A stretch of 64,000 nt of DNA from Perkinsela sp. CCAP 1560/9 (GCA_965644495.1 CBFFSA010000016.1:1-64000); one strand, 5' to 3'. Shown: positions 1 to 13,800, counted from the first letter of the stretch. Numbers and translations are program-made. Notes: generated by a model from the sequence alone, not told the origin.

Positions 1-224
1 CGACAACGTCTTGTTCGCCTTGTCCGCGACCAATTGAATGTGCAACTTCTCATCCGCAGAAAGAACTTCAGGGTTCGTAAGGCTTTGATACCGAATCTTA
101 TCCAGGCGTCGGAAGAGTTGCTGATCAGCTCGCGTAAGAAAATCTCCTTATTGCTGTAAAAGGTGTTGATGATGAGAGACATCAGCTGATTGATCTCCGC
201 TTGGAACGCAAATGTTTCCGACAT
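1..224 (-). CDS. HSP90: HSP90 5' portion (runs off the window); carries a 1-bp deletion at ~105 relative to the other copies
   Basis: ATG at 224 (MSETFAFQ); reads tccaggcgtc where the other copies read tccagggcgtc. Confidence 0.85.
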   Translation of the reverse strand, partial: MSETFAFQAEINQLMSLIINTFYSNKEIFLRELISNSSDAWIRFGIKALRTLKFFLRMRSCTFNWSRTRRTRRC

Positions 225-693
225 TGTGGAATGTAGTGGAAAGAGAGGAAAATGAAAAAGAAGGCTAGTATTTCTGTGTGAAATCGGTGAATATGGCTGC
301 AAGAACAGTTCGAATAAGGTCTAGCAAAGTATACAAGCAAGGAAGAAGAGGTTCTAATATAAATCCCGAATATTGCCAACATTAACTTTAAAAAGGAGTA
401 CTTATCATATGAGTATATCATAGTTTATACCATCACCCAGTCGCCTAAAGTTGCGTGAATAACTTTACTGTTTGAAACTAGCATAAGGTGAACAATTGTC
501 ATGCGTAACGAACTGCTTTGATTCGCACAAAACAAAAGATATTGCAGGAGCAAAGTGTCATATCTTGCTCAACCTGGCGATTATCTTGCATTTCAGCGTT
601 CCTTGAACTTAATTCGTAAAAAGCAAAAAGATCAAATTTAGCAATTGATTTCCTTCCCCGAATGTGATCTCATAGGATCAACCGATAAGCGAC

Positions 694-2811
694 TTAATCG
701 ACCTCCTGCATACGTCCTTCGCCCTCCGCAAGATCGTCAGCATCCATTTCCGAGCTGGCCGCCACGGGGGCAGGGGGAAGCTCGTCGTCATCGATGGAGA
801 GGCCGAGTTTCACCATGCGGTGGATGCGTTCGCCGTAGGAGGAAGGATCTTCAAGGTTAAACCCTGAGGTCAACAACGCGGTATCGAAGAGGAGCATGAC
901 GAGATCCTTCACGGTCTTGTCGTTCTGATCAGTATCCGCTTTACGTCGGAGCTCCTTAATAATGCTGTGGTGCGGATTGATCTCCATTGTCTTCTTTGAC
1001 ACCATGTACGAGGACATGGAAGCGTCTCGCAGGGCTTGGTGCTTCATGATCTGTTCCATGTGTGCACTCCACCCGTGTTCAGAGGTAACCAGGATACAGG
1101 GGGAGGTCGCCAAGCGCTCGGTGAGCACAACCTTGTCCACCTTCTCACCAAGAATCTCTTTGATCGTCGTGCAAAGCTTCTCGAAGGATGCTTTGTTCTC
1201 CTCCCGTGCCTTCTTCTCCTCCTCCGTTTCTTCAAACTTGACGCCCTCCTTGGTGAGACACACGAATTTCTTATCCTCAAAGTCCTTGAGCTGCTGCATG
1301 ACGTATTCATCAATGGGATCCACCATGAACAGGACTTCCATATCACGCCGCTTGGCTTCTTCGAGGAAGGGGGATGTCTCAAGCTTCTTGCGACTGTCTC
1401 CCGTGATGTAGTAGATGCTCTTCTGGCCCTCCTTCATGCGGGTGACGTAGTCCTTCAAGCTCGTAGCATCTTCGCCGCTCTTCGTGCTGTTGTAGCGTAG
1501 CAGTTCGCAAAGTTTGGTTCGGTTCGTCGCATCCTCATGAATGCCAAGCTTGATGTTCTTCCCGAAGTGCTCATAGAACTTCTTGTAACTGTCCTTATCC
1601 GCAGCAAGCTCTTCGAACAACTCCACCGCCTTCTTCACGACGTTCTTCCGGATCACCTTCAGGATTTTGTTCTGCTGCAGGTTCTCACGGGAGATGTTCA
1701 ACGGAAGGTCTTCGCTGTCGACGACGCCTCGAATGAACGCCAGCCACTCCGGACAGATCTCCTCACAGTTGTCCATAATGAAGACACGACGCACGTACAG
1801 CTTAATGTTGTTTCGCTTGCGATTGGGCTCGAACATGTCGAATGGAGCACGCTTCGGGACGAACAGTACTGCGCGGAATTCCAGCTGCCCTTCCACGCTA
1901 AAGTGTTTGACGGAGAGATGCTCCTCCCAGTCGTTGCTGATGGTCTTGTAGAAGGCGGCGTATTCCTCCTGTGACACCTCCTTCGGATCCTTTGTCCACA
2001 GAGGCTTGTTCTTGTTCAGCACCTCATACTCCACGGAGACGTCCTTCACCTTCTTTGTCTTCTTCTTCACCTCCTGGGGTTCCTCCGCCTCCTCTACCTT
2101 GGGCTCGTCCTCCCCTCCCTCCGGTTTCACTTCCTCCGCCTTTTCCTCCTCCGCCTCGTCGTCCGTAACTTCCTTCTCCGTGGTGCGCTCCACTTGTAGC
2201 TCGATGTCGTAGCCGATGAACTCGGAGTGCTTCTTCACGAGGTCCTTCAGTCGTCGCTCTTCCAGGTACTCCTGTTGGTCCTCCTTCAGGTGCAGCGTGA
2301 TCATTGTCCCCCGCTTCACTGGGGCCGAGGGGCAGGGAGCCACAGTGAAGGTGCCACCCGCGGAGGATTCCCAAACGTGCGCCTCGTCGTCATTGTGCTT
2401 CGAGACGACAGTGACTTTGTCCGCGACCAGGTAGGCCGAGTAGAACCCGACACCGAATTGTCCGATCATACTGAGGTCCGCACCCGATTCCAGGGCCTCC
2501 ATGAACGCCTTGGTGCCGGATCGAGCAATCGTGCCGAGGTTATTCACCAAGTCCGCTTTCGTCATACCCACCCCGGAGTCAATAACCGACAACGTCTTGT
2601 TCGCCTTGTCCGCGACCAATTGAATGTGCAACTTCTCATCCGCAGAAAGAACTTCAGGGTTCGTAAGGCTTTGATACCGAATCTTATCCAGGGCGTCGGA
2701 AGAGTTGCTGATCAGCTCGCGTAAGAAAATCTCCTTATTGCTGTAAAAGGTGTTGATGATGAGAGACATCAGCTGATTGATCTCCGCTTGGAACGCAAAT
2801 GTTTCCGACAT
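694..2811 (-). CDS. HSP90: Cytosolic HSP90 (HSP83), 705 aa, copy 1
   Basis: [46 protein letters not shown], charged linker, C-terminal MQEVD. The real start is the ATG at 2811; the 26-aa extension in the ORF track uses a TTG in the UTR. Confidence 0.98.
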   Translation of the reverse strand: MSETFAFQAEINQLMSLIINTFYSNKEIFLRELISNSSDALDKIRYQSLTNPEVLSADEKLHIQLVADKANKTLSVIDSGVGMTKADLVNNLGTIARSGTKAFMEALESGADLSMIGQFGVGFYSAYLVADKVTVVSKHNDDEAHVWESSAGGTFTVAPCPSAPVKRGTMITLHLKEDQQEYLEERRLKDLVKKHSEFIGYDIELQVERTTEKEVTDDEAEEEKAEEVKPEGGEDEPKVEEAEEPQEVKKKTKKVKDVSVEYEVLNKNKPLWTKDPKEVSQEEYAAFYKTISNDWEEHLSVKHFSVEGQLEFRAVLFVPKRAPFDMFEPNRKRNNIKLYVRRVFIMDNCEEICPEWLAFIRGVVDSEDLPLNISRENLQQNKILKVIRKNVVKKAVELFEELAADKDSYKKFYEHFGKNIKLGIHEDATNRTKLCELLRYNSTKSGEDATSLKDYVTRMKEGQKSIYYITGDSRKKLETSPFLEEAKRRDMEVLFMVDPIDEYVMQQLKDFEDKKFVCLTKEGVKFEETEEEKKAREENKASFEKLCTTIKEILGEKVDKVVLTERLATSPCILVTSEHGWSAHMEQIMKHQALRDASMSSYMVSKKTMEINPHHSIIKELRRKADTDQNDKTVKDLVMLLFDTALLTSGFNLEDPSSYGERIHRMVKLGLSIDDDELPPAPVAASSEMDADDLAEGEGRMQEVD

Positions 2812-3280
2812 TGTGGAATGCAATGGAAAGAGAGGAAAATGAAAAAGAAGGCTAGTATTTCTGTGTGAAATCGGTGAATATGGCTGCAAGAACAGTTCGA
2901 ATAAGGTCTAGCAAAGTATACAAGCAAGGAAGAAGAGGTTCCAATATAAATCCCGAATATTGCCAACATTAACTTTAAAAAGGAGTACTTATCATATGAG
3001 TATATCATAGTTTATACCATCACCCAGTCGCCTAAAGTTGCGTGAATAACTTTACTGTTTGAAACTAGCATAAGGTGAACAATTGTCATGCGTAACGAAC
3101 TGCTTTGATTCGCACAAAACAAAAGATATTGCAGGAGCAAAGTGTCATATCTTGCTCAACCTGGCGATTATCTTGCATTTCAGCGTTCCTTGAACTTAAT
3201 TCGTAAAAAGCAAAAAGATCAAATTTAGCAATTGATTTCCTTCCCCGAATGTGATCTCATAGGATCAACCGATAAGCGAC

Positions 3281-5398
3281 TTAATCGACCTCCTGCATAC
3301 GTCCTTCGCCCTCCGCAAGATCGTCAGCATCCATTTCCGAGCTGGCCGCCACGGGGGCAGGGGGAAGCTCGTCGTCATCGATGGAGAGGCCGAGTTTCAC
3401 CATGCGGTGGATGCGTTCGCCGTAGGAGGAAGGATCTTCAAGGTTAAACCCTGAGGTCAACAACGCGGTATCGAAGAGGAGCATGACGAGATCCTTCACG
3501 GTCTTGTCGTTCTGATCAGTATCCGCTTTACGTCGGAGCTCCTTAATAATGCTGTGGTGCGGATTGATCTCCATTGTCTTCTTTGACACCATGTACGAGG
3601 ACATGGAAGCGTCTCGCAGGGCTTGGTGCTTCATGATCTGTTCCATGTGTGCACTCCACCCGTGTTCAGAGGTAACCAGGATACAGGGGGAGGTCGCCAA
3701 GCGCTCGGTGAGCACAACCTTGTCCACCTTCTCACCAAGAATCTCTTTGATCGTCGTGCAAAGCTTCTCGAAGGATGCTTTGTTCTCCTCCCGTGCCTTC
3801 TTCTCCTCCTCCGTTTCTTCAAACTTGACGCCCTCCTTGGTGAGACACACGAATTTCTTATCCTCAAAGTCCTTGAGCTGCTGCATGACGTATTCATCAA
3901 TGGGATCCACCATGAACAGGACTTCCATATCACGCCGCTTGGCTTCTTCGAGGAAGGGGGATGTCTCAAGCTTCTTGCGACTGTCTCCCGTGATGTAGTA
4001 GATGCTCTTCTGGCCCTCCTTCATGCGGGTGACGTAGTCCTTCAAGCTCGTAGCATCTTCGCCGCTCTTCGTGCTGTTGTAGCGTAGCAGTTCGCAAAGT
4101 TTGGTTCGGTTCGTCGCATCCTCATGAATGCCAAGCTTGATGTTCTTCCCGAAGTGCTCATAGAACTTCTTGTAACTGTCCTTATCCGCAGCAAGCTCTT
4201 CGAACAACTCCACCGCCTTCTTCACGACGTTCTTCCGGATCACCTTCAGGATTTTGTTCTGCTGCAGGTTCTCACGGGAGATGTTCAACGGAAGGTCTTC
4301 GCTGTCGACGACGCCTCGAATGAACGCCAGCCACTCCGGACAGATCTCCTCACAGTTGTCCATAATGAAGACACGACGCACGTACAGCTTAATGTTGTTT
4401 CGCTTGCGATTGGGCTCGAACATGTCGAATGGAGCACGCTTCGGGACGAACAGTACTGCGCGGAATTCCAGCTGCCCTTCCACGCTAAAGTGTTTGACGG
4501 AGAGATGCTCCTCCCAGTCGTTGCTGATGGTCTTGTAGAAGGCGGCGTATTCCTCCTGTGACACCTCCTTCGGGTCCTTTGTCCACAGAGGCTTGTTCTT
4601 GTTCAGCACCTCATACTCCACGGAGACGTCCTTCACCTTCTTTGTCTTCTTCTTCACCTGCTGGGGTTCCTCCGCCTCCTCTACCTTGGGCTCGTCCTCC
4701 CCTCCCTCCGGTTTCACTTCCTCCGCCTTTTCCTCCTCCGCCTCGTCGTCCGTAACTTCCTTCTCCGTGGTGCGCTCCACTTGTAGCTCGATGTCGTAGC
4801 CGATGAACTCGGAGTGCTTCTTCACGAGGTCCTTCAGTCGTCGCTCTTCCAGGTACTCCTGTTGGTCCTCCTTCAGGTGCAGCGTGATCATTGTCCCCCG
4901 CTTCACTGGGGCCGAGGGGCAGGGAGCCACAGTGAAGGTGCCACCCGCGGAGGATTCCCAAACGTGCGCCTCGTCGTCATTGTGCTTCGAGACGACAGTG
5001 ACTTTGTCCGCGACCAGGTAGGCCGAGTAGAACCCGACACCGAATTGTCCGATCATACTGAGGTCCGCACCCGATTCCAGGGCCTCCATGAACGCCTTGG
5101 TGCCGGATCGAGCAATCGTGCCGAGGTTATTCACCAAGTCCGCTTTCGTCATACCCACCCCGGAGTCAATAACCGACAACGTCTTGTTCGCCTTGTCCGC
5201 GACCAATTGAATGTGCAACTTCTCATCCGCAGAAAGAACTTCAGGGTTCGTAAGGCTTTGATACCGAATCTTATCCAGGGCGTCGGAAGAGTTGCTGATC
5301 AGCTCGCGTAAGAAAATCTCCTTATTGCTGTAAAAGGTGTTGATGATGAGAGACATCAGCTGATTGATCTCCGCTTGGAACGCAAATGTTTCCGACAT
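3281..5398 (-). CDS. HSP90: Cytosolic HSP90, copy 2
   Basis: As copy 1; one E>Q change in the linker (4660). Confidence 0.98.
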   Translation of the reverse strand: MSETFAFQAEINQLMSLIINTFYSNKEIFLRELISNSSDALDKIRYQSLTNPEVLSADEKLHIQLVADKANKTLSVIDSGVGMTKADLVNNLGTIARSGTKAFMEALESGADLSMIGQFGVGFYSAYLVADKVTVVSKHNDDEAHVWESSAGGTFTVAPCPSAPVKRGTMITLHLKEDQQEYLEERRLKDLVKKHSEFIGYDIELQVERTTEKEVTDDEAEEEKAEEVKPEGGEDEPKVEEAEEPQQVKKKTKKVKDVSVEYEVLNKNKPLWTKDPKEVSQEEYAAFYKTISNDWEEHLSVKHFSVEGQLEFRAVLFVPKRAPFDMFEPNRKRNNIKLYVRRVFIMDNCEEICPEWLAFIRGVVDSEDLPLNISRENLQQNKILKVIRKNVVKKAVELFEELAADKDSYKKFYEHFGKNIKLGIHEDATNRTKLCELLRYNSTKSGEDATSLKDYVTRMKEGQKSIYYITGDSRKKLETSPFLEEAKRRDMEVLFMVDPIDEYVMQQLKDFEDKKFVCLTKEGVKFEETEEEKKAREENKASFEKLCTTIKEILGEKVDKVVLTERLATSPCILVTSEHGWSAHMEQIMKHQALRDASMSSYMVSKKTMEINPHHSIIKELRRKADTDQNDKTVKDLVMLLFDTALLTSGFNLEDPSSYGERIHRMVKLGLSIDDDELPPAPVAASSEMDADDLAEGEGRMQEVD

Positions 5399-5867
5399 TG
5401 TGGAATGCAGTGGAAAGAGAGGAAAATGAAAAAGAAGGCTAGTATTTCTGTGTGAAATCGGTGAATATGGCTGCAAGAACAGTTCGAATAAGGTCTAGCA
5501 AAGTATACAAGCAAGGAAGAAGAGGTTCCAATATAAATCCCGAATATTGCCAACATTAACTTTAAAAAGGAGTACTTATCATATGAGTATATCATAGTTT
5601 ATACCATCACCCAGTCGCCTAAAGTTGCGTGAATAACTTTACTGTTTGAAACTAGCATAAGGTGAACAATTGTCATGCGTAACGAACTGCTTTGATTCGC
5701 ACAAAACAAAAGATATTGCAGGAGCAAAGTGTCATATCTTGCTCAACCTGGCGATTATCTTGCATTTCAGCGTTCCTTGAACTTAATTCGTAAAAAGCAA
5801 AAAGATCAAATTTAGCAATTGATTTCCTTCCCCGAATGTGATCTCATAGGATCAACCGATAAGCGAC

Positions 5868-7985
5868 TTAATCGACCTCCTGCATACGTCCTTCGCCCTC
5901 CGCAAGATCGTCAGCATCCATTTCCGAGCTGGCCGCCACGGGGGCAGGGGGAAGCTCGTCGTCATCGATGGAGAGGCCGAGTTTCACCATGCGGTGGATG
6001 CGTTCGCCGTAGGAGGAAGGATCTTCAAGGTTAAACCCTGAGGTCAACAACGCGGTATCGAAGAGGAGCATGACGAGATCCTTCACGGTCTTGTCGTTCT
6101 GATCAGTATCCGCTTTACGTCGGAGCTCCTTAATAATGCTGTGGTGCGGATTGATCTCCATTGTCTTCTTTGACACCATGTACGAGGACATGGAAGCGTC
6201 TCGCAGGGCTTGGTGCTTCATGATCTGTTCCATGTGTGCACTCCACCCGTGTTCAGAGGTAACCAGGATACAGGGGGAGGTCGCCAAGCGCTCGGTGAGC
6301 ACAACCTTGTCCACCTTCTCACCAAGAATCTCTTTGATCGTCGTGCAAAGCTTCTCGAAGGATGCTTTGTTCTCCTCCCGTGCCTTCTTCTCCTCCTCCG
6401 TTTCTTCAAACTTGACGCCCTCCTTGGTGAGACACACGAATTTCTTATCCTCAAAGTCCTTGAGCTGCTGCATGACGTATTCATCAATGGGATCCACCAT
6501 GAACAGGACTTCCATATCACGCCGCTTGGCTTCTTCGAGGAAGGGGGATGTCTCAAGCTTCTTGCGACTGTCTCCCGTGATGTAGTAGATGCTCTTCTGG
6601 CCCTCCTTCATGCGGGTGACGTAGTCCTTCAAGCTCGTAGCATCTTCGCCGCTCTTCGTGCTGTTGTAGCGTAGCAGTTCGCAAAGTTTGGTTCGGTTCG
6701 TCGCATCCTCATGAATGCCAAGCTTGATGTTCTTCCCGAAGTGCTCATAGAACTTCTTGTAACTGTCCTTATCCGCAGCAAGCTCTTCGAACAACTCCAC
6801 CGCCTTCTTCACGACGTTCTTCCGGATCACCTTCAGGATTTTGTTCTGCTGCAGGTTCTCACGGGAGATGTTCAACGGAAGGTCTTCGCTGTCGACGACG
6901 CCTCGAATGAACGCCAGCCACTCCGGACAGATCTCCTCACAGTTGTCCATAATGAAGACACGACGCACGTACAGCTTAATGTTGTTTCGCTTGCGATTGG
7001 GCTCGAACATGTCGAATGGAGCACGCTTCGGGACGAACAGTACTGCGCGGAATTCCAGCTGCCCTTCCACGCTAAAGTGTTTGACGGAGAGATGCTCCTC
7101 CCAGTCGTTGCTGATGGTCTTGTAGAAGGCGGCGTATTCCTCCTGTGACACCTCCTTCGGGTCCTTTGTCCACAGAGGCTTGTTCTTGTTCAGCACCTCA
7201 TACTCCACGGAGACGTCCTTCACCTTCTTTGTCTTCTTCTTCACCTCCTGGGGTTCCTCCGCCTCCTCTACCTTGGGCTCGTCCTCCCCTCCCTCCGGTT
7301 TCACTTCCTCCGCCTTTTCCTCCTCCGCCTCGTCGTCCGTAACTTCCTTCTCCGTGGTGCGCTCCACTTGTAGCTTGATGTCGTAGCCGATGAACTCGGA
7401 GTGCTTCTTCACGAGGTCCTTCAGTCGTCGCTCTTCCAGGTACTCCTGTTGGTCCTCCTTCAGGTGCAGCGTGATCATTGTCCCCCGCTTCACTGGGGCC
7501 GAGGGGCAGGGAGCCACAGTGAAGGTGCCACCCGCGGAGGATTCCCAAACGTGCGCCTCGTCGTCATTGTGCTTCGAGACGACAGTGACTTTGTCCGCGA
7601 CCAGGTAGGCCGAGTAGAACCCGACACCGAATTGTCCGATCATACTGAGGTCCGCACCCGATTCCAGGGCCTCCATGAACGCCTTGGTGCCGGATCGAGC
7701 AATCGTGCCGAGGTTATTCACCAAGTCCGCTTTCGTCATACCCACCCCGGAGTCAATAACCGACAACGTCTTGTTCGCCTTGTCCGCGACCAATTGAATG
7801 TGCAACTTCTCATCCGCAGAAAGAACTTCAGGGTTCGTAAGGCTTTGATACCGAATCTTATCCAGGGCGTCGGAAGAGTTGCTGATCAGCTCGCGTAAGA
7901 AAATCTCCTTATTGCTGTAAAAGGTGTTGATGATGAGAGACATCAGCTGATTGATCTCCGCTTGGAACGCAAATGTTTCCGACAT
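5868..7985 (-). CDS. HSP90: Cytosolic HSP90, copy 3
   Basis: As copy 1; YDIE>YDIK (7376). Confidence 0.98.
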   Translation of the reverse strand: MSETFAFQAEINQLMSLIINTFYSNKEIFLRELISNSSDALDKIRYQSLTNPEVLSADEKLHIQLVADKANKTLSVIDSGVGMTKADLVNNLGTIARSGTKAFMEALESGADLSMIGQFGVGFYSAYLVADKVTVVSKHNDDEAHVWESSAGGTFTVAPCPSAPVKRGTMITLHLKEDQQEYLEERRLKDLVKKHSEFIGYDIKLQVERTTEKEVTDDEAEEEKAEEVKPEGGEDEPKVEEAEEPQEVKKKTKKVKDVSVEYEVLNKNKPLWTKDPKEVSQEEYAAFYKTISNDWEEHLSVKHFSVEGQLEFRAVLFVPKRAPFDMFEPNRKRNNIKLYVRRVFIMDNCEEICPEWLAFIRGVVDSEDLPLNISRENLQQNKILKVIRKNVVKKAVELFEELAADKDSYKKFYEHFGKNIKLGIHEDATNRTKLCELLRYNSTKSGEDATSLKDYVTRMKEGQKSIYYITGDSRKKLETSPFLEEAKRRDMEVLFMVDPIDEYVMQQLKDFEDKKFVCLTKEGVKFEETEEEKKAREENKASFEKLCTTIKEILGEKVDKVVLTERLATSPCILVTSEHGWSAHMEQIMKHQALRDASMSSYMVSKKTMEINPHHSIIKELRRKADTDQNDKTVKDLVMLLFDTALLTSGFNLEDPSSYGERIHRMVKLGLSIDDDELPPAPVAASSEMDADDLAEGEGRMQEVD

Positions 7986-8454
7986 TGTGGAATGCAGTGG
8001 AAAGAGAGGAAAATGAAAAAGAAGGCTAGTATTTCTGTGTGAAATCGGTGAATATGGCTGCAAGAACAGTTCGAATAAGGTCTAGCAAAGTATACAAGCA
8101 AGGAAGAAGAGGTTCCAATATAAATCCCGAATATTGCCAACATTAACTTTAAAAAGGAGTACTTATCATATGAGTATATCATAGTTTATACCATCACCCA
8201 GTCGCCTAAAGTTGCGTGAATAACTTTACTGTTTGAAACTAGCATAAGGTGAACAATTGTCATGCGTAACGAACTGCTTTGATTCGCACAAAACAAAAGA
8301 TATTGCAGGAGCAAAGTGTCATATCTTGCTCAACCTGGCGATTATCTTGCATTTCAGCGTTCCTTGAACTTAATTCGTAAAAAGCAAAAAGATCAAATTT
8401 AGCAATTGATTTCCTTCCCCGAATGTGATCTCATAGGATCAACCGATAAGCGAC

Positions 8455-10572
8455 TTAATCGACCTCCTGCATACGTCCTTCGCCCTCCGCAAGATCGTCA
8501 GCATCCATTTCCGAGCTGGCCGCCACGGGGGCAGGGGGAAGCTCGTCGTCATCGATGGAGAGGCCGAGTTTCACCATGCGGTGGATGCGTTCGCCGTAGG
8601 AGGAAGGATCTTCAAGGTTAAACCCTGAGGTCAACAACGCGGTATCGAAGAGGAGCATGACGAGATCCTTCACGGTCTTGTCGTTCTGATCAGTATCCGC
8701 TTTACGTCGGAGCTCCTTAATAATGCTGTGGTGCGGATTGATCTCCATTGTCTTCTTTGACACCATGTACGAGGACATGGAAGCGTCTCGCAGGGCTTGG
8801 TGCTTCATGATCTGTTCCATGTGTGCACTCCACCCGTGTTCAGAGGTAACCAGGATACAGGGGGAGGTCGCCAAGCGCTCGGTGAGCACAACCTTGTCCA
8901 CCTTCTCACCAAGAATCTCTTTGATCGTCGTGCAAAGCTTCTCGAAGGATGCTTTGTTCTCCTCCCGTGCCTTCTTCTCCTCCTCCGTTTCTTCAAACTT
9001 GACGCCCTCCTTGGTGAGACACACGAATTTCTTATCCTCAAAGTCCTTGAGCTGCTGCATGACGTATTCATCAATGGGATCCACCATGAACAGGACTTCC
9101 ATATCACGCCGCTTGGCTTCTTCGAGGAAGGGGGATGTCTCAAGCTTCTTGCGACTGTCTCCCGTGATGTAGTAGATGCTCTTCTGGCCCTCCTTCATGC
9201 GGGTGACGTAGTCCTTCAAGCTCGTAGCATCTTCGCCGCTCTTCGTGCTGTTGTAGCGTAGCAGTTCGCAAAGTTTGGTTCGGTTCGTCGCATCCTCATG
9301 AATGCCAAGCTTGATGTTCTTCCCGAAGTGCTCATAGAACTTCTTGTAACTGTCCTTATCCGCAGCAAGCTCTTCGAACAACTCCACCGCCTTCTTCACG
9401 ACGTTCTTCCGGATCACCTTCAGGATTTTGTTCTGCTGCAGGTTCTCACGGGAGATGTTCAACGGAAGGTCTTCGCTGTCGACGACGCCTCGAATGAACG
9501 CCAGCCACTCCGGACAGATCTCCTCACAGTTGTCCATAATGAAGACACGACGCACGTACAGCTTAATGTTGTTTCGCTTGCGATTGGGCTCGAACATGTC
9601 GAATGGAGCACGCTTCGGGACGAACAGTACTGCGCGGAATTCCAGCTGCCCTTCCACGCTAAAGTGTTTGACGGAGAGATGCTCCTCCCAGTCGTTGCTG
9701 ATGGTCTTGTAGAAGGCGGCGTATTCCTCCTGTGACACCTCCTTCGGGTCCTTTGTCCACAGAGGCTTGTTCTTGTTCAGCACCTCATACTCCACGGAGA
9801 CGTCCTTCACCTTCTTTGTCTTCTTCTTCACCTCCTGGGGTTCCTCCGCCTCCTCTACCTTGGGCTCGTCCTCCCCTCCCTCCGGTTTCACTTCCTCCGC
9901 CTTTTCCTCCTCCGCCTCGTCGTCCGTAACTTCCTTCTCCGTGGTGCGCTCCACTTGTAGCTTGATGTCGTAGCCGATGAACTCGGAGTGCTTCTTCACG
10001 AGGTCCTTCAGTCGTCGCTCTTCCAGGTACTCCTGTTGGTCCTCCTTCAGGTGCAGCGTGATCATTGTCCCCCGCTTCACTGGGGCCGAGGGGCAGGGAG
10101 CCACAGTGAAGGTGCCACCCGCGGAGGATTCCCAAACGTGCGCCTCGTCGTCATTGTGCTTCGAGACGACAGTGACTTTGTCCGCGACCAGGTAGGCCGA
10201 GTAGAACCCGACACCGAATTGTCCGATCATACTGAGGTCCGCACCCGATTCCAGGGCCTCCATGAACGCCTTGGTGCCGGATCGAGCAATCGTGCCGAGG
10301 TTATTCACCAAGTCCGCTTTCGTCATACCCACCCCGGAGTCAATAACCGACAACGTCTTGTTCGCCTTGTCCGCGACCAATTGAATGTGCAACTTCTCAT
10401 CCGCAGAAAGAACTTCAGGGTTCGTAAGGCTTTGATACCGAATCTTATCCAGGGCGTCGGAAGAGTTGCTGATCAGCTCGCGTAAGAAAATCTCCTTATT
10501 GCTGTAAAAGGTGTTGATGATGAGAGACATCAGCTGATTGATCTCCGCTTGGAACGCAAATGTTTCCGACAT
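8455..10572 (-). CDS. HSP90: Cytosolic HSP90, copy 4
   Basis: As copy 3. Confidence 0.98.
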   Translation of the reverse strand: MSETFAFQAEINQLMSLIINTFYSNKEIFLRELISNSSDALDKIRYQSLTNPEVLSADEKLHIQLVADKANKTLSVIDSGVGMTKADLVNNLGTIARSGTKAFMEALESGADLSMIGQFGVGFYSAYLVADKVTVVSKHNDDEAHVWESSAGGTFTVAPCPSAPVKRGTMITLHLKEDQQEYLEERRLKDLVKKHSEFIGYDIKLQVERTTEKEVTDDEAEEEKAEEVKPEGGEDEPKVEEAEEPQEVKKKTKKVKDVSVEYEVLNKNKPLWTKDPKEVSQEEYAAFYKTISNDWEEHLSVKHFSVEGQLEFRAVLFVPKRAPFDMFEPNRKRNNIKLYVRRVFIMDNCEEICPEWLAFIRGVVDSEDLPLNISRENLQQNKILKVIRKNVVKKAVELFEELAADKDSYKKFYEHFGKNIKLGIHEDATNRTKLCELLRYNSTKSGEDATSLKDYVTRMKEGQKSIYYITGDSRKKLETSPFLEEAKRRDMEVLFMVDPIDEYVMQQLKDFEDKKFVCLTKEGVKFEETEEEKKAREENKASFEKLCTTIKEILGEKVDKVVLTERLATSPCILVTSEHGWSAHMEQIMKHQALRDASMSSYMVSKKTMEINPHHSIIKELRRKADTDQNDKTVKDLVMLLFDTALLTSGFNLEDPSSYGERIHRMVKLGLSIDDDELPPAPVAASSEMDADDLAEGEGRMQEVD

Positions 10573-11041
10573 TGTGGAATGCAGTGGAAAGAGAGGAAAA
10601 TGAAAAAGAAGGCTAGTATTTCTGTGTGAAATCGTTGAATATGGCTGCAAGAACAGTTCGAATAAGGTCTAGCAAAGTATACAAGCAAGGAAGAAGAGGT
10701 TCCAATATAAATCCCGAATATTGCCAACATTAACTTTAAAAAGGAGTACTTATCATATGAGTATATCATAGTTTATACCATCACCCAGTCGCCTAAAGTT
10801 GCGTGAATAACTTTACTGTTTGAAACTAGCATAAGATGAACAATTGTCATGCGTAACGAACTGCTTTGATTCGCACAAAACAAAAGATATTGCAGGAGCA
10901 AAGTGTCATATCTTGCTCAACCTGGCGATTATCTTGCATTTCAGCGTTCCTTGAACTTAATTCGTAAAAAGCAAAAAGATCAAATTTAGCAATTGATTTC
11001 CTTCCCCGAATGTGATCTCATAGGATCAACCGATAAGCGAC

Positions 11042-13159
11042 TTAATCGACCTCCTGCATACGTCCTTCGCCCTCCGCAAGATCGTCAGCATCCATTTCCG
11101 AGCTGGCCGCCACGGGGGCAGAGGGAAGCTCGTCGTCATCGATGGAGAGGCCGAGTTTCACCATGCGGTGGATGCGTTCGCCGTAGGAGGAAGGATCTTC
11201 AAGGTTAAACCCTGAGGTCAACAACGCGGTATCGAAGAGGAGCATGACGAGATCCTTCACGGTCTTGTCGTTCTGATCAGTATCCTCTTTACGTCGGAGC
11301 TCCTTAATAATGCTGTGGTGCGGATTGATCTCCATTGTCTTCTTTGACACCATGTACGAGGACATGGAAGCGTCTCGCAGGGCTTGGTGCTTCATGATCT
11401 GTTCCATGTGTGCACTCCACCCGTGTTCAGAGGTAACCAGGATACAGGGGGAGGTCGCCAAGCGCTCGGTGAGCACAACCTTGTCCACCTTCTCACCAAG
11501 AATCTCTTTGATCGTCGTGCAAAGCTTCTCGAAGGATGCTTTGTTCTCCTCCCGTGCCTTCTTCTCCTCCTCCGTTTCTTCAAACTTGACGCCCTCCTTG
11601 GTGAGACACACGAATTTCTTATCCTCAAAGTCCTTGAGCTGCTGCATGACGTATTCATCAATGGGATCCACCATGAACAGGACTTCCATATCACGCCGCT
11701 TGGCTTCTTCGAGGAAGGGGGATGTCTCAAGCTTCTTGCGACTGTCTCCCGTGATGTAGTAGATGCTCTTCTGGCCCTCCTTCATGCGGGTGACGTAGTC
11801 CTTCAAGCTCGTAGCATCTTCGCCGCTCTTCGTGCTGTTGTAGCGTAGCAGTTCGCAAAGTTTGGTTCGGTTCGTCGCATCCTCATGAATGCCAAGCTTG
11901 ATGTTCTTCCCGAAGTGCTCATAGAACTTCTTGTAACTGTCCTTATCCGCAGCAAGCTCTTCGAACAACTCCACCGCCTTCTTCACGACGTTCTTCCGGA
12001 TCACCTTCAGGATTTTGTTCTGCTGCAGGTTCTCACGGGAGATGTTCAACGGAAGGTCTTCGCTGTCGACGACGCCTCGAATGAACGCCAGCCACTCCGG
12101 ACAGATCTCCTCACAGTTGTCCATAATGAAGACACGACGCACGTACAGCTTAATGTTGTTTCGCTTGCGATTGGGCTCGAACATGTCGAATGGAGCACGC
12201 TTCGGGACGAACAGTACTGCGCGGAATTCCAGCTGCCCTTCCACGCTAAAGTGTTTGACGGAGAGATGCTCCTCCCAGTCGTTGCTGATGGTCTTGTAGA
12301 AGGCGGCGTATTCCTCCTGTGACACCTCCTTCGGGTCCTTTGTCCACAGAGGCTTGTTCTTGTTCAGCACCTCATACTCCACGGAGACGTCCTTCACCTT
12401 CTTTGTCTTCTTCTTCACCTCCTGGGGTTCCTCCGCCTCCTCTACCTTGGGCTCGTCCTCCCCTCCCTCCGGTTTCACTTCCTCCGCCTTTTCCTCCTCC
12501 GCCTCGTCGTCCGTAACTTCCTTCTCCGTGGTGCGCTCCACTTGTAGCTTGATGTCGTAGCCGATGAACTCGGAGTGCTTCTTCACGAGGTCCTTCAGTC
12601 GTCGCTCTTCCAGGTACTCCTGTTGGTCCTCCTTCAGGTGCAGCGTGATCATTGTCCCCCGCTTCACTGGGGCCGAGGGGCAGGGAGCCACAGTGAAGGT
12701 GCCACCCGCGGAGGATTCCCAAACGTGCGCCTCGTCGTCATTGTGCTTCGAGACGACAGTGACTTTGTCCGCGACCAGGTAGGCCGAGTAGAACCCGACA
12801 CCGAATTGTCCGATCATACTGAGGTCCGCACCCGATTCCAGGGCCTCCATGAACGCCTTGGTGCCGGATCGAGCAATCGTGCCGAGGTTATTCACCAAGT
12901 CCGCTTTCGTCATACCCACCCCGGAGTCAATAACCGACAACGTCTTGTTCGCCTTGTCCGCGACCAATTGAATGTGCAACTTCTCATCCGCAGAAAGAAC
13001 TTCAGGGTTCGTAAGGCTTTGATACCGAATCTTATCCAGGGCGTCGGAAGAGTTGCTGATCAGCTCGCGTAAGAAAATCTCCTTATTGCTGTAAAAGGTG
13101 TTGATGATGAGAGACATCAGCTGATTGATCTCCGCTTGGAACGCAAATGTTTCCGACAT
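11042..13159 (-). CDS. HSP90: Cytosolic HSP90, copy 5
   Basis: As copy 3, plus A>E (11286) and P>S (11122). Confidence 0.98.
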   Translation of the reverse strand: MSETFAFQAEINQLMSLIINTFYSNKEIFLRELISNSSDALDKIRYQSLTNPEVLSADEKLHIQLVADKANKTLSVIDSGVGMTKADLVNNLGTIARSGTKAFMEALESGADLSMIGQFGVGFYSAYLVADKVTVVSKHNDDEAHVWESSAGGTFTVAPCPSAPVKRGTMITLHLKEDQQEYLEERRLKDLVKKHSEFIGYDIKLQVERTTEKEVTDDEAEEEKAEEVKPEGGEDEPKVEEAEEPQEVKKKTKKVKDVSVEYEVLNKNKPLWTKDPKEVSQEEYAAFYKTISNDWEEHLSVKHFSVEGQLEFRAVLFVPKRAPFDMFEPNRKRNNIKLYVRRVFIMDNCEEICPEWLAFIRGVVDSEDLPLNISRENLQQNKILKVIRKNVVKKAVELFEELAADKDSYKKFYEHFGKNIKLGIHEDATNRTKLCELLRYNSTKSGEDATSLKDYVTRMKEGQKSIYYITGDSRKKLETSPFLEEAKRRDMEVLFMVDPIDEYVMQQLKDFEDKKFVCLTKEGVKFEETEEEKKAREENKASFEKLCTTIKEILGEKVDKVVLTERLATSPCILVTSEHGWSAHMEQIMKHQALRDASMSSYMVSKKTMEINPHHSIIKELRRKEDTDQNDKTVKDLVMLLFDTALLTSGFNLEDPSSYGERIHRMVKLGLSIDDDELPSAPVAASSEMDADDLAEGEGRMQEVD

Positions 13160-13626
13160 TGTGGAATGCAGTGGAAAGAGAGGAAAATGAAAAAGAAGGC
13201 TAGTATTTCTGTGTGAAATCGGTGAATATGGCTGCAAGAACAGTTCGAATAAGGTCTAGCAAAGTATACAAGCAAGGAAGAAGAGATTCCAATATAAATC
13301 CCGAATATTGCCAACATTAACTTTAAAAAGGAGTACTTATCATATGAGTATATCATAGTTTATACCATCACCCAGTCTCCTAAAGTTGCGTGAATAACTT
13401 TACTGTTTGAAACTAGCATAAGATGAACAATTGTCATGCGTAACGAGCTGCTTTGATTCGCACAAAACAAAAGATATTGCAGGAGCAAAGTGTCATATCT
13501 TGCTCAACCTGGCGATTCTTGCATTTCAGCGTTCCTTGAACTTAATTCGTAAAAAGCAAAAAGATCAAATTTAGCAATTGATTTCCTTCCCCGAATGTGA
13601 TCTCATAGGATCAACCGATAAGCGAC

Positions 13627-13800
13627 TTAATCGACCTCCTGCATACGTCCTTCGCCCTCCGCAAGATCGTCAGCATCCATTTCCGAGCTGGCCGCCACGG
13701 GGGCAGGGGGAAGCCCGTCGTCATCGATGGAGAGGCCGAGTTTCACCATGCGGTGGATGCGTTCGCCGTAGGAGGAAGGATCTTCAAGGTTAAACCCTGA
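13627..13800 (-). pseudogene. HSP90: HSP90 3' stub (last ~57 codons)
   Basis: Identity to HSP90 ends abruptly after ...aaaccctga at 13800, where transposase sequence begins. Confidence 0.95.

Larger units (their letters stand above)
1..13800 (-). repeat. Tandem HSP90 gene array, unit 2587 bp (2118-bp CDS + 469-bp spacer), continuing beyond the left window edge
   Basis: Near-identical units; stop codons at 694, 3281, 5868, 8455 and 11042 (spacing 2587) and at 13627 (spacing 2585 owing to a 2-bp spacer deletion). Confidence 0.99.

Noticed and set aside
182-421. 79-aa MIYSYDK ORF in every spacer
   Set aside because: Overlaps the HSP90 start out of frame and has no recognisable motif; most likely UTR/spacer.
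645-13072. Many + strand and alternate-frame ORFs over HSP90
   Set aside because: Shadow ORFs produced by GC-biased codon usage of HSP90; they repeat only because the unit repeats.
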